Source: an uncultured Thermoleophilia bacterium
GTDB lineage: Bacteria; Actinomycetota; Thermoleophilia; Gaiellales; Gaiellaceae
Direction of reading: 5' to 3'
Assembly: GCA_963751875.1 (NCBI GenBank)
Contig: CAVVWG010000009.1
Span: 4,722-68,721, forward strand
DNA: 64,000 nucleotides
The position numbers and the translations under genes are program-made. This document shows, piece after piece, positions 49,832-64,000 of the stretch (the first letter of the stretch is position 1; each line of letters opens with the position of its first letter). The notes under the pieces were generated by a model. The model ran no database searches. It was not told the origin of the DNA and saw only the letters and a list, made by a program, of their open reading frames with translations.

Positions 49832-50924
49832 TCAGCCCAACCGGCCGTGCGTCCGCAGCAGCTCGAGCACCGGCTCGTGCGGCAGGGCGCGGACGATCCG
49901 TCCGCCTCGGCCCTCCGTGTCGACCGCCGCCCAGAGGGCGTTGAGCACCGCCTCCTCGGTCGCCTCGACGACGGCGGCGAAGAGCGGGTCGAGGTGAGCG
50001 TCGGGAACGGTGAGACGGTCGACGCGAATCGGTGGTGTCTCGCCGCGCTCGCTCGCCGCCGTTGAGAAGGCGACGAAGATCTCGCCGCTCCCGTGATGGG
50101 CGACCGAGCCCGTCCGCGCGAGCCCGAGGCCCGCGCGCCGGGCGAGGCGCTCGAGCTGGGCCGGCTGCAGAGGCGCGTCGGTCGCGACGACGGCGATGCA
50201 GCTCCCTGCCGGCGGGCGCGGGTCGATGCCGTCACCGACCGTCGGGAAGATCGGCACGCCGTCGATTCGCAGATCCTGTGCCGAGCCGAAGTTCGCGAGC
50301 ACGAGCACGCCGACGGTTGCATCGACCGCGGGAACGAGGCGGCTGGACGAGCCGATGCCGCCCTTCCAGCCGAGCGCGATCATGCCGGTGCCCGGCGCCG
50401 ACGCACCCCTCGCCCACGGCTCCGTTCGCCGCGGCGCCGCGACGCGCGCGGCCGGCGTCCTCCGCCTCGACCTGCACGGTGCGCGCGTCGTTGAGCCAGC
50501 TGTCGTCGCACTCGCCGACGACCGGGATCACGACCTCGTCGGTGCCGACGGCCGGATCGGCCTCGCACGCGGCCGCGACGGCGCCGTCGAAGATGCGGCC
50601 GACGGCCATCGTCGAGGTGAGGAAGATGGGCGTCTCGATCAGCCCCCATTCCGAGATCTGGAGAAAGCCCGTCAGCTCGCCTGCGCCGTTCAGCGCCGTC
50701 GCCCCGGCCGGCACGGGACGCCGGAACACGGAGTCGCCCGGCGCCGGGCAGGACGGCCGTGACGCCGGTGCGCGCGAGGCCGCGGCCGACGGGCGGCTCG
50801 GGCTCGTCGCGGACGACGGTGACGTGGCCGACGCGCACGCCCGGACGTCGGTGATCGCGTTCGCGGCACCGGCCTCGAGATGGCCGATGCGCAGGCCGTG
50901 CTCGCGCAGCGTGGGCTCGCTCAT
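49832..50924 (-). CDS. DmpA/P1 (S58) aminopeptidase (frameshifts)
   Basis: NAITDV, NGAGELTG, VVGECDD, WKGGIGSSSR, GSCIAVVATDAPL, EEAVLNAL. Confidence 0.9.
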
Positions 50925-50964
50925 GCGGGCGAGCCTAACCGACCAGCCTTGTAGGGTCGCGCCC

Positions 50965-52045
50965 ATGGCGTTGTCGATTCCGCTCGTGTGGGCCGACGGT
51001 CACCGGCTCCACGAGCCGTCGGCCGAGATCTGGGTCGGCGTCAGAACGCCCGCGCGCCGAGCTCCCTGCGCGGGCCGATGCGATCCGTGCCACGCTGCTC
51101 GAGGCCGGCGCCGACGAGGTTGCGGCGACGCCGCACGACGACGCCGCGGTCGAGGCCGTTCACGATTCCAGCCTGCTCGCGTTCCTCGCCTCGGCGTGGG
51201 CCGACTGGGAGGCGGCGGGGCTGCCGGATGACCCCGGCCAGGACCAGGTCGTCCCGTACATCTTTCCGCATCCGGGGCTGATGGGCGGGCTCGAGCCACA
51301 GGTGCCGGCGGCAACCTGGGCCCGGCCGGGCGCGTTCTGCTTCGACACGATGACGCTGATCGGCCCGGGTACCTGGGAGGCGGCACGCGCGGCGGCGGAC
51401 GCGGCGCTCACGGCGGCGGATCTCGTCGCCGGCGGGGCGCCGCTCGTCTACGCCTGCTGCCGGCCCCCGGGGCATCACGTGACGCGGAGCGCCTACGGCG
51501 GCTCGTGCTATCTCAACAACGCGGCCATCGCTGCGCAGCAGCTGCGCGCAGGGGGAGCGGCGAGGGTCGCCGTCATCGACATCGACGCTCATCACGGGAA
51601 CGGCGCCCAGTCGATCTTCTGGGAGCGGGATGACGTCCTCACGGCCTCGGTGCACATCGATCCGGCGACCGGCTGGTTCCCACACTTCCTCGGCGGCGAG
51701 GCCGAGCGCGGCGGCGGTGCAGGGCTCGGCTCGAATCTCAACATCCCGCTGCCACCGGGAGCGCGGGATGACGAGTGGCTGCGGGCCGTGGGCGAGCTCG
51801 TGCAGACGGCGCGATCGAGCGGCGCCGAGGCGCTCGTGCTCGCGCTCGGCGTCGATGCGGCGGGCGGCGATCCGGAGAGCCCGCTCGACGTTACGGTTCG
51901 AGGTTTTCGCGAGGCCGGGCGACTGATCGGCCAACCCGGGCTGCCGGTCGTCGTCGTACAGGAGGGCGGGTACGATCTCGCCTCGATCGGAGGGCTCGTG
52001 CTCGCGACGTTGGAAGGACTTCAGGAAGGCCATGGGAATGCCTGA
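50965..52045 (+). CDS. histone deacetylase family acetylpolyamine amidohydrolase-like protein (frameshift)
   Basis: RPPGHH, GGSCYLNNAA, DIDAHHGNG, GVD, QEGGY. Confidence 0.92.
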
Positions 52046-53910
52046 ACCGCTCGACGTGTGGCTCGGCAAGGACGAGGTCGAGGGCGTCCCGTCGCCAGCC
52101 GCGGAAGGACCTGAAGCCGCCGCCGAACTGGCGGCTCGAGGCAGTTGCCGCGACCGAGCGTCCCCGGTCGCTGACCATGGGTGCCGACGGGCGCACCGCC
52201 GTGTTCATCCAGGACCGGGACACCTCCGACGTGTGGCTGCTCGAGCTCGACGGCGACGCGGGTGCTCCGCCGCAGCGACTCACGACGGGTCGCGATCCGA
52301 TGCCGTACTGGGAGGACACCGAGCCGCGCCTTTCGCCGGACTGCTCCACCGTGGCCTACGCCGACCAGGGCAGCGTCTGGGTCGTTGCCGCCGCGGGCGG
52401 GCCGCCGCGGAAGCTCGCCGAGGCGGGGAGCCCGGTGTGGCTCGGCAACGACCGGCTCGTCGTCTCGGTCGAGCGCGAGGATACGTCGCGGCTCGCGGTG
52501 CTCGACGTCGCGGATGCGTGGCCCCGGCGGCTGTGCGCCTCCGGCGAAGCTGGTGGCCTCGAGGAGTACGGCGACGAGTGGGGCGCCGCCGTCTCGCCCG
52601 ACGGCACGGCCGTCGCGTTCGTGTTCACGCCGCGGCACGACCTGCTCAGGAACGAGATCCGCATCGCCGACGTCGCGACCGGAGCGGTGCGGGCGCTGAC
52701 CGGGACCGACGGCGATCGCCGACAAGGCACCCGCCTGGTCGCCCGACGGCTCGCGGATCGCCTTCACCTCGGAGCGCAGCGGCTGGTACGAGCTCCACCT
52801 GATCGAACCGGATGGGAGCGGCGAGCGGCAGCTCACGAGCGCGGCAGCCGACTTCGGCGAGCACACGTGGTCGGCCGACGGCGGCACGATCGCGGCCGTT
52901 TGCTGCCGGCGCAATCGCTTCGACCTCGTGACGGTCGACGTCGCAACGGGTGAGCTGAACGTCGTCGCCGACGGGCGGGTCGTGGGGCGCGCCGCAGTGG
53001 ACGGCAACGGGCGCGCTGCTCGGCACCTACGAGGATGCCGCCACGCCGGCCGAGCTCCGCCTCGCCGGCGACGGTGCTTCGCACACGCTGCACGCACCCG
53101 CACCGCGCGCCGTCCGCGCCGCCCCGCACGTGCGTCCCGAGGACGTCACGTATACGTCGTTCGACGGCACCGAGATCCCGGCGTTCCTGTTCCGCCCGCC
53201 GGGCGCCTCGACGGAGGCGCCGGTGCCCGCGGTCGTGTACCCGCACGGCGGCCCGACGAGCTGCTACGGCGACGAGTGGGACGGGCACGCGCAGTACTTC
53301 ATCGAGAAGGGCTACGCCTGGCTCGCGATCAACTTCCGCGGCTCGACCGGCTACGGCCGCGACTTCGAGCGGCTCAACCACGGCGACTGGGGCGTGGGGG
53401 ACACGAAGGACTGCCTCGCCGCCGCGGACTATCTCCGCGCCCTCGACTGGGTCGACGGCGACCGCCTCGGCATCTTCGGCGCGAGCTACGGCTCGTACCT
53501 GGCGCTGCTCGCGGTCACGGACGATCCGGAGCATCGCTTCCGCTGCGCCGTGCCGCAAGTACGGCGACTGCGACATCCTCACGTCGTGGGCGCAGGGCGA
53601 CCGCGAAGGTGTCCAGGACATGGGGCGGATGATGGCGCCGCCCGTCGCGGGATCCGGCGGCCTACCGCGCGGGTCACCCGTGCACCGGCTCGCCAACGTC
53701 GAGGTGCCGCTGCTGATCGCGCACGGCGAGCTCGACCTGCGGGTCAACCCGAAGCAGTCCGAGGAGCTCGTGCAGGAGCTCCGCCGGCTCGGCGGCAAGA
53801 CGTTCGAGTACCTGACCTATCCGACCGAGGCGCACGGCTTTCTCCGGGTCGGCCCGCAGCTGCACTTCTACCGCCGCCTCGAGCGGTTCCTCGACTGGTA
53901 CCTGATGTGA
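52038..53910 (+). CDS. S9 prolyl-oligopeptidase/acylaminoacyl peptidase family (frameshifts)
   Basis: Beta-propeller N-terminus; HGGP, NFRGSTGYG, GASYG, HGELD, EAHG. Confidence 0.92.
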
Positions 53911-53984
53911 GGCGGCATGCCTCGATGCGAGATAGTGGCTGGCACGCGAGCAATGACCACGACGCGAGACAAGGAGTGTTCGAG

Positions 53985-55708
53985 ATGAGAGCACGCATGG
54001 TGATGGGGCTGGCTCTGGCAGCGATCGTCCTCACGGCTGTCCTTGGCTGCAGTGGCGGCGACTCATCCGGGAGCGACACGACCGCCGGAGCGACGACGAC
54101 CACCCCCGAGGCGTCGTCGAGCGGCGTGCTCCGCATCGGGACGGTCAACTACATCGACTCGCTGAACCCGTTCAACTACATCGAGGCGCAGTCGACGAAC
54201 GCGATGATCATGATCTACCCGCAGCTCGTCCAGTACGGCCCCGGGATGAAGTTCGAGGGCGACTGGGCGGACTCGTGGACGACGTCGGCGGACGGCAAGG
54301 ACTGGACGTTCAAGCTGAAGCCCGACACGAAGTGGTCCGACGGCCAGCCTCTCACGGCTGCCGATGCCGCGTGGACGATCAACACCACCGTGAAGTACGC
54401 CGACGGCCCGGCTGCCGTCGCCGCTGCGGCGCTCGCGCACGTGAAGAGCGCGACCGCACCGGACGCGACGACCCTCGTGATCCACTACGAGTCGCCGGTC
54501 GGCAACGTGCTCGCCCAGCTCGAGACGTTCTTCGTGCTGCCCAAGCACGTGTGGCAGTCGAAGGTCGGGACCGACGGCAAGGGGCTCAAGTCCTTCCACC
54601 CGGAGCTGAATCTCCCGATCGTCTCCGGCGGCGCGTACACGATCACGCAGTACGAGAAGAAGGGGACGACGGCGTTCAAGCCCTATCCGGACTTCTACGG
54701 CCCACCGTCGGCCGCCTCCGGCGTCGCGCTGACGTACTACACGAACTCCGACGCCGTGATCGCCGACCTCGAGAGCGGCGAGCTCGACTGGGCCGACCAG
54801 GTGCCGTTCAAGGCGGTCGACGCCGTGAAGAAGAGCGGCAAGGCCGTCGTGACCACGATCCCGGGCGCCGAGACGACCAACATCACCTGGAACTCGAACC
54901 CGGCCAAGACCGAAGAACCGCGAGCTCCTCAGCCCGGCGGTGAAGCGCGCGCTCTCGATGTGCGTCGATCGCGATCAGATCATCGACGTCGTCTTCGCCG
55001 GCTACGCGACGAAGGTCGAGAGCCTCGTCGGGCACATCTCCGGCGAGCTCGAGAACCCGAACCTCGGCCCGCTGCCGTACGACTGTGCAGCCGCCAACAC
55101 GGCGCTCGAACCAGCTCGGGTACAAGCGCGGCTCTGACGGCATCCGCGTGGTGCCCGCCACGACCGGCGCGAACGCGCAGGCCGCGCACCCGATGCAGTA
55201 CGAGATCCTGACGCCGACCTCGACCGACTTCAACGTCGACCGGGCGTTCTCGATCGTCCGCAACGGCTTCGCGAAGCTCGGCGTCAAGGTGACGCAGAAG
55301 GTCGGCGGCGACACGACCGCCACCTACGCGCTCGAGACAGGCGACTGCTCGGGGCCCGAGGCCAAGCAGTACACCGGCTTCGACATCGCGATGTGGGACT
55401 GGGTCGGGTACATCGACCCGGACTTCATGCTCTCCGTCGTCACGAAGGGCCAGTGGTGCTCGTGGAGCGATACGGGCGCGAACAATCCGGCCTACGACAA
55501 GCTCTACAACCAGCAGGGCATCACGGTCGATCCGGCCAAGCGCAAGGCGATCGTCTACACGATGCAGAAGATCATCTACGACAACTTCTATTACACCCAG
55601 CTCGCGAACGAGCTGGCGATCGATGCCCACGCGAAGAACTGGACGGGCTTCGACCCGCAGCTGAGCGGCTACTCGAAGCTCTACTACACCGCACCCCACG
55701 AGATGTGA
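53985..55708 (+). CDS. family-5 ABC substrate-binding lipoprotein (frameshifts)
   Basis: Lipobox VLGC; WTFKLKPDTKWSDGQPLTAADA; DPAKRKAI. Confidence 0.9.
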
Positions 55709-55747
55709 GCGGATGACCCACCGGAGAGGAGCGGGAGCTAAGCTGAG

Positions 55748-56723
55748 GTGAGAGGGTCCGACTACGTCGTGAAGCGGATCGCGTACGCGATCCTGACCGT
55801 CTTCATCGCGATCACTCTCAACTTCGTGCTCTTCCGCGCCCTCTCCGGTGACGCGGTCTCGGCGTTGCGCTGCAAGCAGTGCAGCAAGGCGTTCAAGGAG
55901 GAGCAGCGCCGCGACCTCGGCCTCGACCAGTCGAAGTGGGTGCAGTACAGGCTCTACCTCGCCTCGCTCGCCCGCGGCGATCTCGGCAAGTCCGTGCCGT
56001 CCGAGAAGCCGGTCCGGGGCGAGCTCGTCGAGCCGATCAAGAACTCGCTGCCGATGATCGCGCTCGGGACGCTCTTCGCGATCGTCTTCGGCACGCTCGT
56101 GGGGGTGGTCGCGGCGTGGCGCCGCGGCACGTTTGCCGACAAGGGCAGCCTCTACACGGCGCTCGGCTTCTACTCGATGCCGACCCAGTGGCTCGGCCTG
56201 GTGCTGATCTTCTTCGTCGCGGGCGCCGTCGGCCTGCCGACCTCGGGCATCAAGACGCCGACGCTCGGGCTGTTCTCCGACGCGTCGACGTGGGACGGTC
56301 TTCGTCGATCGGCTGCGTCACATGATCCTGCCGGCGCTGACCCTCGGGCTCGTCCTCTACGGCGACTACGCGTTGATCGTCCGCTCGGCCATGCTCGAGA
56401 CGCTCGGCGAGGACTACGTCCTGACGGCGCGGGCCAAGGGGCTGAAGAACTGGACGATCGTGCGCAGGCACGGGCTGCGGAACGCGATGCTGCCGATCAT
56501 CACGCTCGTCGCGCTGTCGCTCGGCTTCATCATCGGCGGCTCGATCACGGTCGAGTACGTCTTCTCGTACCCGGGCCTCGGCCTGCTGACGGTGGAGGCG
56601 ATCGACAAGCGCGACTTCCCGCTCCTGCAGGCGATCTTCATGCTGCTGACGCTGTCGGTGATCGTCTTCAACCTGATCGCCGACCTGCTCTACTTCAAGT
56701 TCGATCCGCGGGTGACGGCATGA
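55748..56723 (+). CDS. Opp/Dpp ABC permease B (frameshift)
   Basis: EDYVLTARAKGL, HGLRNAMLP, EYVFSYPGLG. Confidence 0.92.
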
Positions 56724-57689
56724 GCCTGATCGAGCCGCTCCAGTCGGCCGACCCGGATGCGCTCGCCGAGGGGATCGCCCGGAGCGGACGCCGCGGCTTC
56801 GTGCGGACGGCGATCCTCGGCAACCGCCAGGCGATGATCGGGCTCGGCGTGCGTGGTCGTTCTTCGTCCTCGTGGCGCTGTTCGCGCCGTGGCTCGAGCC
56901 GTACGATCCGACAGCCAAGACGGGCCCCGTCTACGCGCCGCCGAGCAGCGCGCACTGGCTCGGCACCGACGACGGCGGCGTCGACATGCTCTCGCTGATC
57001 ATCGCCGGCTCGCGCGTCTCGCTCGGGGTCGGGTTCCTGGCCGCGCTCGTCGCGATCCTGATCGGCGGCACCGTGGGCGTGCTGTCGGGGTTCTTCGGCG
57101 GCGTCACCGACACGATCCTGATGCGCTTCACGGACTACATGCTCGTGATCCCCGACATCCCGCTGATGATCATCGCCGCGGCGCTGTTCGGCCGGAACCT
57201 CGTCAACATCATCGTGATCATCGGGATCATCTACTGGACGAGCACCGCCCGGCTGATCCGGGCTCAGGTGATGACCGTGCGCGAGCGGGTCTACGTCAAG
57301 CGCGCGCAGAGCGCTCGGGGCGGGAAACCGGCGGCTCGTGTTCAAGCACGTGCTGCCGCAGGTGGCGCCGCTTCTGGTCGCCAACACGGTGCTGATGATC
57401 GCGCTCGGGATCTTCGCCGAGACGTTCATCACGTTCCTCGGCCTCGGCGACCCGAGCACGATCTCGTGGGGACGCCTGATCGAGAACGCGTTCACGGGCG
57501 AGGCGACGATCAACAACGCGTGGTGGGCGATCGTGCCACCCGGGCGTGTGCGTCACGCTCGTGATCCTCGCCTGCACGATGGTGGGGCAGTCGGTCGAGG
57601 ACTCGCTCAATCCGCGGCTCCGCGTCGGCCACGTCTCGGTGCGGCGGTTCCGGATGCGGCCGCTCGGCGGCAAGGCAGGCCCGGAGTGA
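56720..57689 (+). CDS. Opp/Dpp ABC permease C (frameshifts)
   Basis: HWLGTDDGG, ARLIRAQV, HVLPQV, SWG. Confidence 0.92.
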
Positions 57690-58680
57690 GCGCTCGGCAG
57701 CCGCTCGTCAGGGTCGAGGACCTGCACGTCTGGTTCGACGCTGCCGGGGGGCGGCGAGCTTCACGCCGTGCAGGGCGTCACCTTCGAGCTGAACGAGGGC
57801 GAGCGGATGGGCCTCGTCGGCGAGTCCGGCTGTGGCAAGACGACGACGATCCTCGCGATGATGGGGCTCCTGCCCGCGAGCGCGTCGGTGTCGGGGAAGG
57901 TGATCCTGGCCGGCGAGGACATCCTCGCGCGGGGGGAGGACTCGGTCAGCCCGCATCGCTGGACGCGACATCTCGATGGTCTTCCAGGGCGCCATGAACG
58001 CGTTCAACCCGGTGAAGACGATCGGCGCGCAGATCGCCGAGCCGATGGAGCTCCACGGCTTCGCCTCCCGCAAGGAGGCGCGGCTGCGGGTGGGTGAGCT
58101 GCTCGAGCTCGTCGGCATCTCGGCCGATCGGGCCGACCGCTACCCGCACGAGTTCTCGGGTGGCATGCGCCAGCGCGCCGCGATCGCGATGGCGCTCGCC
58201 TGCGCGCCCAAGGTGCTGCTCGCCGACGAGCCGACGACCGCGCTCGACGTGATGGTGCAGGCGCAGATCCTCGAGCTGCTCATGAGCCTCAGCTCGACCC
58301 TCGGCAAGGAGCTCGGCCTGACCGTGATCCTCGTCACGCACGACCTCCCGATCGTGGCGCAGGTCTGCGATCGCGCCGCGGTGATGTACGCAGGCGAGAT
58401 CGTCGAGATGGCCGAGATGTCGACGATCTACCACGATCCGCGCCATCCCTACACGCGCATGCTCTTCGCCGCCACGCCCGATCTGCTCGGCGACGACGAG
58501 GTGATCTCGATTCCCGGCGCGCCGCCGCGGCTCGACCGCGAGATCGTCGGCTGCCCGTTCCGGCCGCGATGCGACTCGGCCTTCGAGCCGTGCGCGACGG
58601 TGCATCCGCGCCGCGCTCGAGCCGAGGCCGCGGCATCAGGCGCTCTGCCATCTCAACGACGCGACGATGAAGGCGGCCTC

Positions 58681-58684
<4 letters not shown>
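57686..58684 (+). CDS. Opp/Dpp ABC ATP-binding D (frameshifts)
   Basis: GESGCGKT, YPHEFSGGMRQR, ADEPTTALD. Confidence 0.93.
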
Positions 58685-59711
<1,027 letters not shown>

Positions 59712-59756
59712 AAGGCGACGGCGAGCAGGCTGTCAGCCGCTCGCCCGGCGGTTGCA

Positions 59757-61732
59757 TCAGGCAAGCCGCCGCGGGAACGACCGCTCGAACCGCCGCTCGC
59801 GGTAGAACGCCGTCTCGCCGGCCTCCGGCGCCGAGCTCCTCGGCGATGAGCGTGATCACGACGTGGTACGCCGTCGGCGTCGGAGCGCAGGTCGAGCGTC
59901 GCCTCCGTTCGCACGTCCGCCTCGGGCCAGGTGATGCGGTAGACGGTGCGCGCCCCGGGCCCACGCGAGCGCAGGGTCGTCCTTCGAGACGCCGGTCGTG
60001 CCCTCGTACCGCTCCTCGACCCGCGCCCCGAACGGCGCCTCGTAGTTCGAGCCGTGATCCCGTGACCGCAGCGCGACTCGTGCGCCGATCTGGTCGTCCT
60101 CGAGCCTCCAGACCGTCGGCGGCTGCTCGTCGTCCGGCGTCCGGCGCATGCGTGTCCTTGCCGGTCGTCGGCGGCAGCACCGGCGGCGGGCAGCGGCGAG
60201 CGGCCCGTCGAGCACCGGCAGGACGAGCTCGACGCTCGCGCGATCGACCTGCGAGCGGCGCGCCGCTCGGCGGCGGCCAGATGTTCGGCCAGTCGGCGCC
60301 GGCGAGCGAGAGCCGCACGCGATGGCCCGGCTCGAAGATCCACGAGGTCGCCTCGAGCTCGATCTCGACCTCGGTCGGGACGCCGGGCTCGAGCGCGACG
60401 CGGAGCGTCGTGGCCGTCGCGGTGCGTGAGGTTGAGCAGCCCGCGGCCGGCGAGGGCGGAGGTGCCGTCGGGGAAGACGTCGCAGAGCTTGGCGGAGAGG
60501 TACGCGACGGGAACCGGCGAGGTGACGGTGAGCCGCACGCGCGGGTGGCCCATCACGTCGAGATCCGCGGCGAGCGGCTCCCAGTCGTAGGTGAGCGAGA
60601 GGGCGTCGTCGACGCGCTGGTCGTCGGGGAGCCCCCACGGGAGCTTCCCGGCGCACGAGATCCACGCCGTCTGGCCGACGTCGCCGCGGACGTGGATCGT
60701 GTCGGTGCCCTCGCCCGTCGGGCCGCAGCACCTGCTCCGTGAGCCGCTCCGGCGGCCACGTCGCCTCGCTGCGCCACTCGCCGCGCATCTCGGCGAGATC
60801 CGGCGCCGGGCCGCGTCGAGCGGCGGGCGAACACCGCGATCGGCGGCTCCTCGTCGACGCCGTTCTGCTCGTCGGCGAGCCAGCGGCGGAACCAGCGGAT
60901 CAGCTCCGGGACGAGGTCGATGTGCGGCCCCGGCAGCGCGGTGGCGGTCGACCCGTGCCCCCACGGGCCGAGGATCACGCGCTTCGGGCACGAGAGCGCC
61001 TCGAAGCCGCGGAAGGCGATGTTCGTGTAGCCGTCGGCCCAGCCGGCGACGATCATCGTCGGGCAGGTGATCCGGCCGTAGTCCGGCCGCACCGAGCCGT
61101 GCCGCCAGTACGGCCCGTCGACCTGCTCCTCGATCCAGCGCAGCAGCCATGGCTCGGCGTCGTCGACTCGCCGCTCCCACTCGCTCGCGCCAGCCGGGGC
61201 CGAACACGGCGGGCACCGGCGGCAGCGCGTTGCCGGCGACCATGTAGAGCTCGTAGTCGATCAGGTCGATCGCCTTGAGCGCGCCGCCCATGTAGTGGAC
61301 GTCGTCGTTGTAGCGGTCGTCGGAGGCGTAGATCGGCACGATCGCGTGGAGCGCCGGCGGGCGCAGGCAGGCGACCTGGAGCGAGTTGAAGCCCGACCAC
61401 GAGGTGCCGTACATCCCGACGCGGCCGTTCGACCACTCCTGCTCCGCCAGCCACGCGATCACCTGGCAGATGTCGTCGAGCTCGGCCGCCGTGTACTCGT
61501 CGGTCGCGATTCCCTCGGACGAGCCGGTGCCGCGGATGTCGAGCCGGCAGACCGCGAAGCCGCCCTCCTCGCAGAGCCGCTCGTACTCCGAGGCGTAGGC
61601 GGACGTGAGGTCGTCCATCCGGTAGGGCAGCGCCTCGATCACGACCGGTGCCGGGCGCTCGTCGGGCAGCCAGAGCTGCGCCGCGAGGCGCGTGCCGTCG
61701 GCCACGGTGATGAAGGCGCGCCGGTGCTCCAT
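59757..61732 (-). CDS. CocE/NonD family hydrolase (frameshifts)
   Basis: DGTRLAA, LPYR, DIRGTGSSEG, WSNGRVGMYGTSWSG, GPWGH. Confidence 0.92.
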
Positions 61733-61765
61733 CGGCGCAATCCTCCCAGGTAGGGTCGGGCGGCG

Positions 61766-62919
61766 GTGCACCTGCAACCGACAGCCGAGCAGATCGCGCT
61801 CCGGGCCGATGCTGCCGCCTTCTGCGCCGGCTTGCGGCCGTTGCTCGAGAGCGGACCCCGAGTGGTGGCGCCAGGGAATGCTCTCCGACGGCGACTCGCG
61901 TCGCGGTCAATCGCGCGCTCGGCGAGGCAGGCTGGATCGGGATGTCGTGGCCGGTCGAGCTCGGTGGGCGCGGGCTCTCGCGGCTGACGGCGACGCTCGT
62001 CGAGGAGGTCTTCGGCTACCACTGGCTGCCGCTCTCCTCGTACCTGCTCTCGTACAAGACGATCGGTGCGGCGATCGAGCGCTTCGCCTCGCCCGAGCTC
62101 GTCGAGCGGCTGCTGCCGCCGATCGCGCCGCGGCGAGCTCGTCTTCTGCCAGGGCTTCTCGGAGCCGGGCGCGGGCAGCGACCTCGGCGCGCTGACGACG
62201 AGGGCGGAGCTGCGCGGCGACACCTACGTCGTCGACGGGCCACAAGATCTGGACCTCGAGCGCGCAGCTCGCCGACTGGATCTATCTCGCCGTCCGCACC
62301 GACCCCGACGCCAAGCACCGCGGGCATCTCGGTGCTCGTCTGCCCGGTCGACACGCCCGGGATCGAGGTGCGAACGTTCCCGACGCTCGGCGGCGGGACG
62401 CTCTGCGAGACGTTCCTCGACGGTGTCGAGATCCCGGCCGCGAACCTCGTCGGCGAGGTCAACGGCGGCTGGGACGTGCTGATGTACACGCTCGACTTCG
62501 AGCGCGTGACGGCCGAGAAGATCGGCGGCGCCGCCTGGGTGCTCGACGCCGTCGAGGAGCGGCTCCGCGCGACCGACCGGCTCGACGGCGGAGCGCGCGA
62601 CCGGCTGCTCGCGCCTGCGCGGCGAGCTCGAAGCGGCGCGGCTGCTCTCGTTCCGCGCCGCCGACATGCTCGACCGGGGCTGCCCGGCAGCGCGACCTCG
62701 GCGATGGCGAAGCTCGCGGGGGCGCGGCTGATGCAGCGGGTCGGGGATGCGTCGATCGACCTGCTCGGTCTCGAGGGGCTCGGCGATGCCTCGCCCGAGG
62801 CGGCGATCCAGGGTCGCGCGGCGGCGCTCTACCGCGCCTCGGTCGGCTCGACGATCGCCGGCGGCACGGCCGAGGTGCAGCAGCTCGTGATCGCGCGCCG
62901 GGGGCTGGGGCTCCGATGA
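61766..62919 (+). CDS. acyl-CoA dehydrogenase (frameshifts)
   Basis: WPVELGGRG, CQGFSEPGAGSDL, GEVNGGW, TIAGGTAEVQ. Confidence 0.92.
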
Positions 62920-64000
62920 GCTTGCCGCTCGAAGGCGTGCGCGTGGTCGAGGTGGCGCAGTACGTGGCCGGGCCGCTCGCCGGGCTCGCTGCTCGCCGAG
63001 CTCGGCGCCGAGGTGATCAAGGTCGAGCCGCCGGGCGGCGACGCCTACCGGCGGGTGATGCCCGTTGCGGCCGGGTTCGGGCGCTACTTCGTCCCGCTCA
63101 ACCGTGGCAAGCGCTCGGTCGTGCTCGATCTCAAGTCCGCCGCCGGCCGCGCGCTCGCTCGCGCAGCTCGTCGGCACCGCCGACGTCGTCATCCACAACG
63201 CGCCGCCGCCGCGCGCGGCGACGTTCGGGCTCGGCTGGGAGGGGCTGCATCGTCGCGCACCCGGCGCTCGTCGTCGGCGTCGTCACCTCGTTCGGCCCGC
63301 ACGGGCCGCTCGCCGGGCTGCCCGCCTACGACCTCGTCGCCCAGGGGCGCTCCGGCCTCCTGACCTCGCACGCCTCGCCGGCGACCGGGTGCCGGTGCGC
63401 GCCGGCGGGATCCCGATGGCCGACCTCACGGCGGGGCACCTGCTCGCGTCCGGCGTGCTGGCGGCGCTCGTTCGCTCGCGGACGACGGGGGAGGGGCAGC
63501 TCGTCGAGGTGTCGCTGCTCGGTGCCGCGCTCGCCGTGCAGATCCAGGATCTCGTCTGGCTCGAGGGTGAGGCCGACGGCGGTGCCGCCGCCGCGACCCG
63601 CGCCGATCTCGAGGCGCGCGCCGACGAGATCGCCGGCGGCCTCGCGATGAACCCGTACTACCGCTGCTACGAGGCAGCCGACGGCTTCCTCGCGCGTCGC
63701 CTGCCTCAACCTGGCGCAGCGCGAGGCGTTCCTCGGCGCTGTTCGGCCTCGACGATCCGACGATCGCGGCGCCCGACCTCGTTCCCGCCGACCCGGCGGT
63801 GCTCGGCGGCGAAGCAGCGGCTGACGGCGGCGATCGAGCGACGCGATCGCGGCGGCTCCGGTCGAGGAGTGGCTCGCGCGGCTCGGCGCGGTCGGCGTTC
63901 CGGCCGGCCCGGTGCTCGTCGCGCGAGACGGTCCATGCCGACGCGCAGGTGCGGGCGAACGGGCTGATCCAGGACGTCGACGCAGCCGGGGCTCGGCGCC
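62916..64000 (+). CDS. CaiB/BaiF family CoA-transferase, partial (frameshifts)
   Basis: PLEGVRVVE, LGAEVIKVEPP.GD, NRGKRSVVLDLK, AYDLVAQG. Confidence 0.92.

Overview
High-GC (about 70%+) actinobacterial chromosome segment, most consistent with Thermoleophilia/Gaiellales (inference from gene content, leaderless TANNNT promoters and protein style). Many genes, including essential ones (ruvB, relA, tgt, secDF), carry single-base frameshifts, so these are treated as long-read/assembly errors rather than pseudogenes. Housekeeping content: ruvB, recJ, relA, phosphomannomutase, ccmE/ccmF, queG, queA-tgt-yajC-secDF, fused pafBC, gabD, P450, thiolase, a two-component system, UbiA and UbiB families, and a peptide/amide catabolic cluster with an Opp/Dpp ABC transporter. 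No rRNA, tRNA, CRISPR array or transposase was seen. Most notable: (1) a translationally coupled metallophosphoesterase-cpgS-pgk2 operon, i.e. the methanogen-type cyclic 2,3-diphosphoglycerate pathway plus a candidate hydrolase; (2) a shared promoter motif CCGTCCG-N10-TACCNT-N6-start, with PafBC-type geometry, in front of recJ, a 78-aa unknown protein and a PD-(D/E)XK nuclease paired with a degenerate HPRT; (3) a REP-like palindrome family (GGCTGAAGCC core) that supplies an identical ARTTG-stop tail to two unrelated proteins; (4) an archaeal-style endonuclease IV, a candidate sRNA and several unannotated small ORFs.
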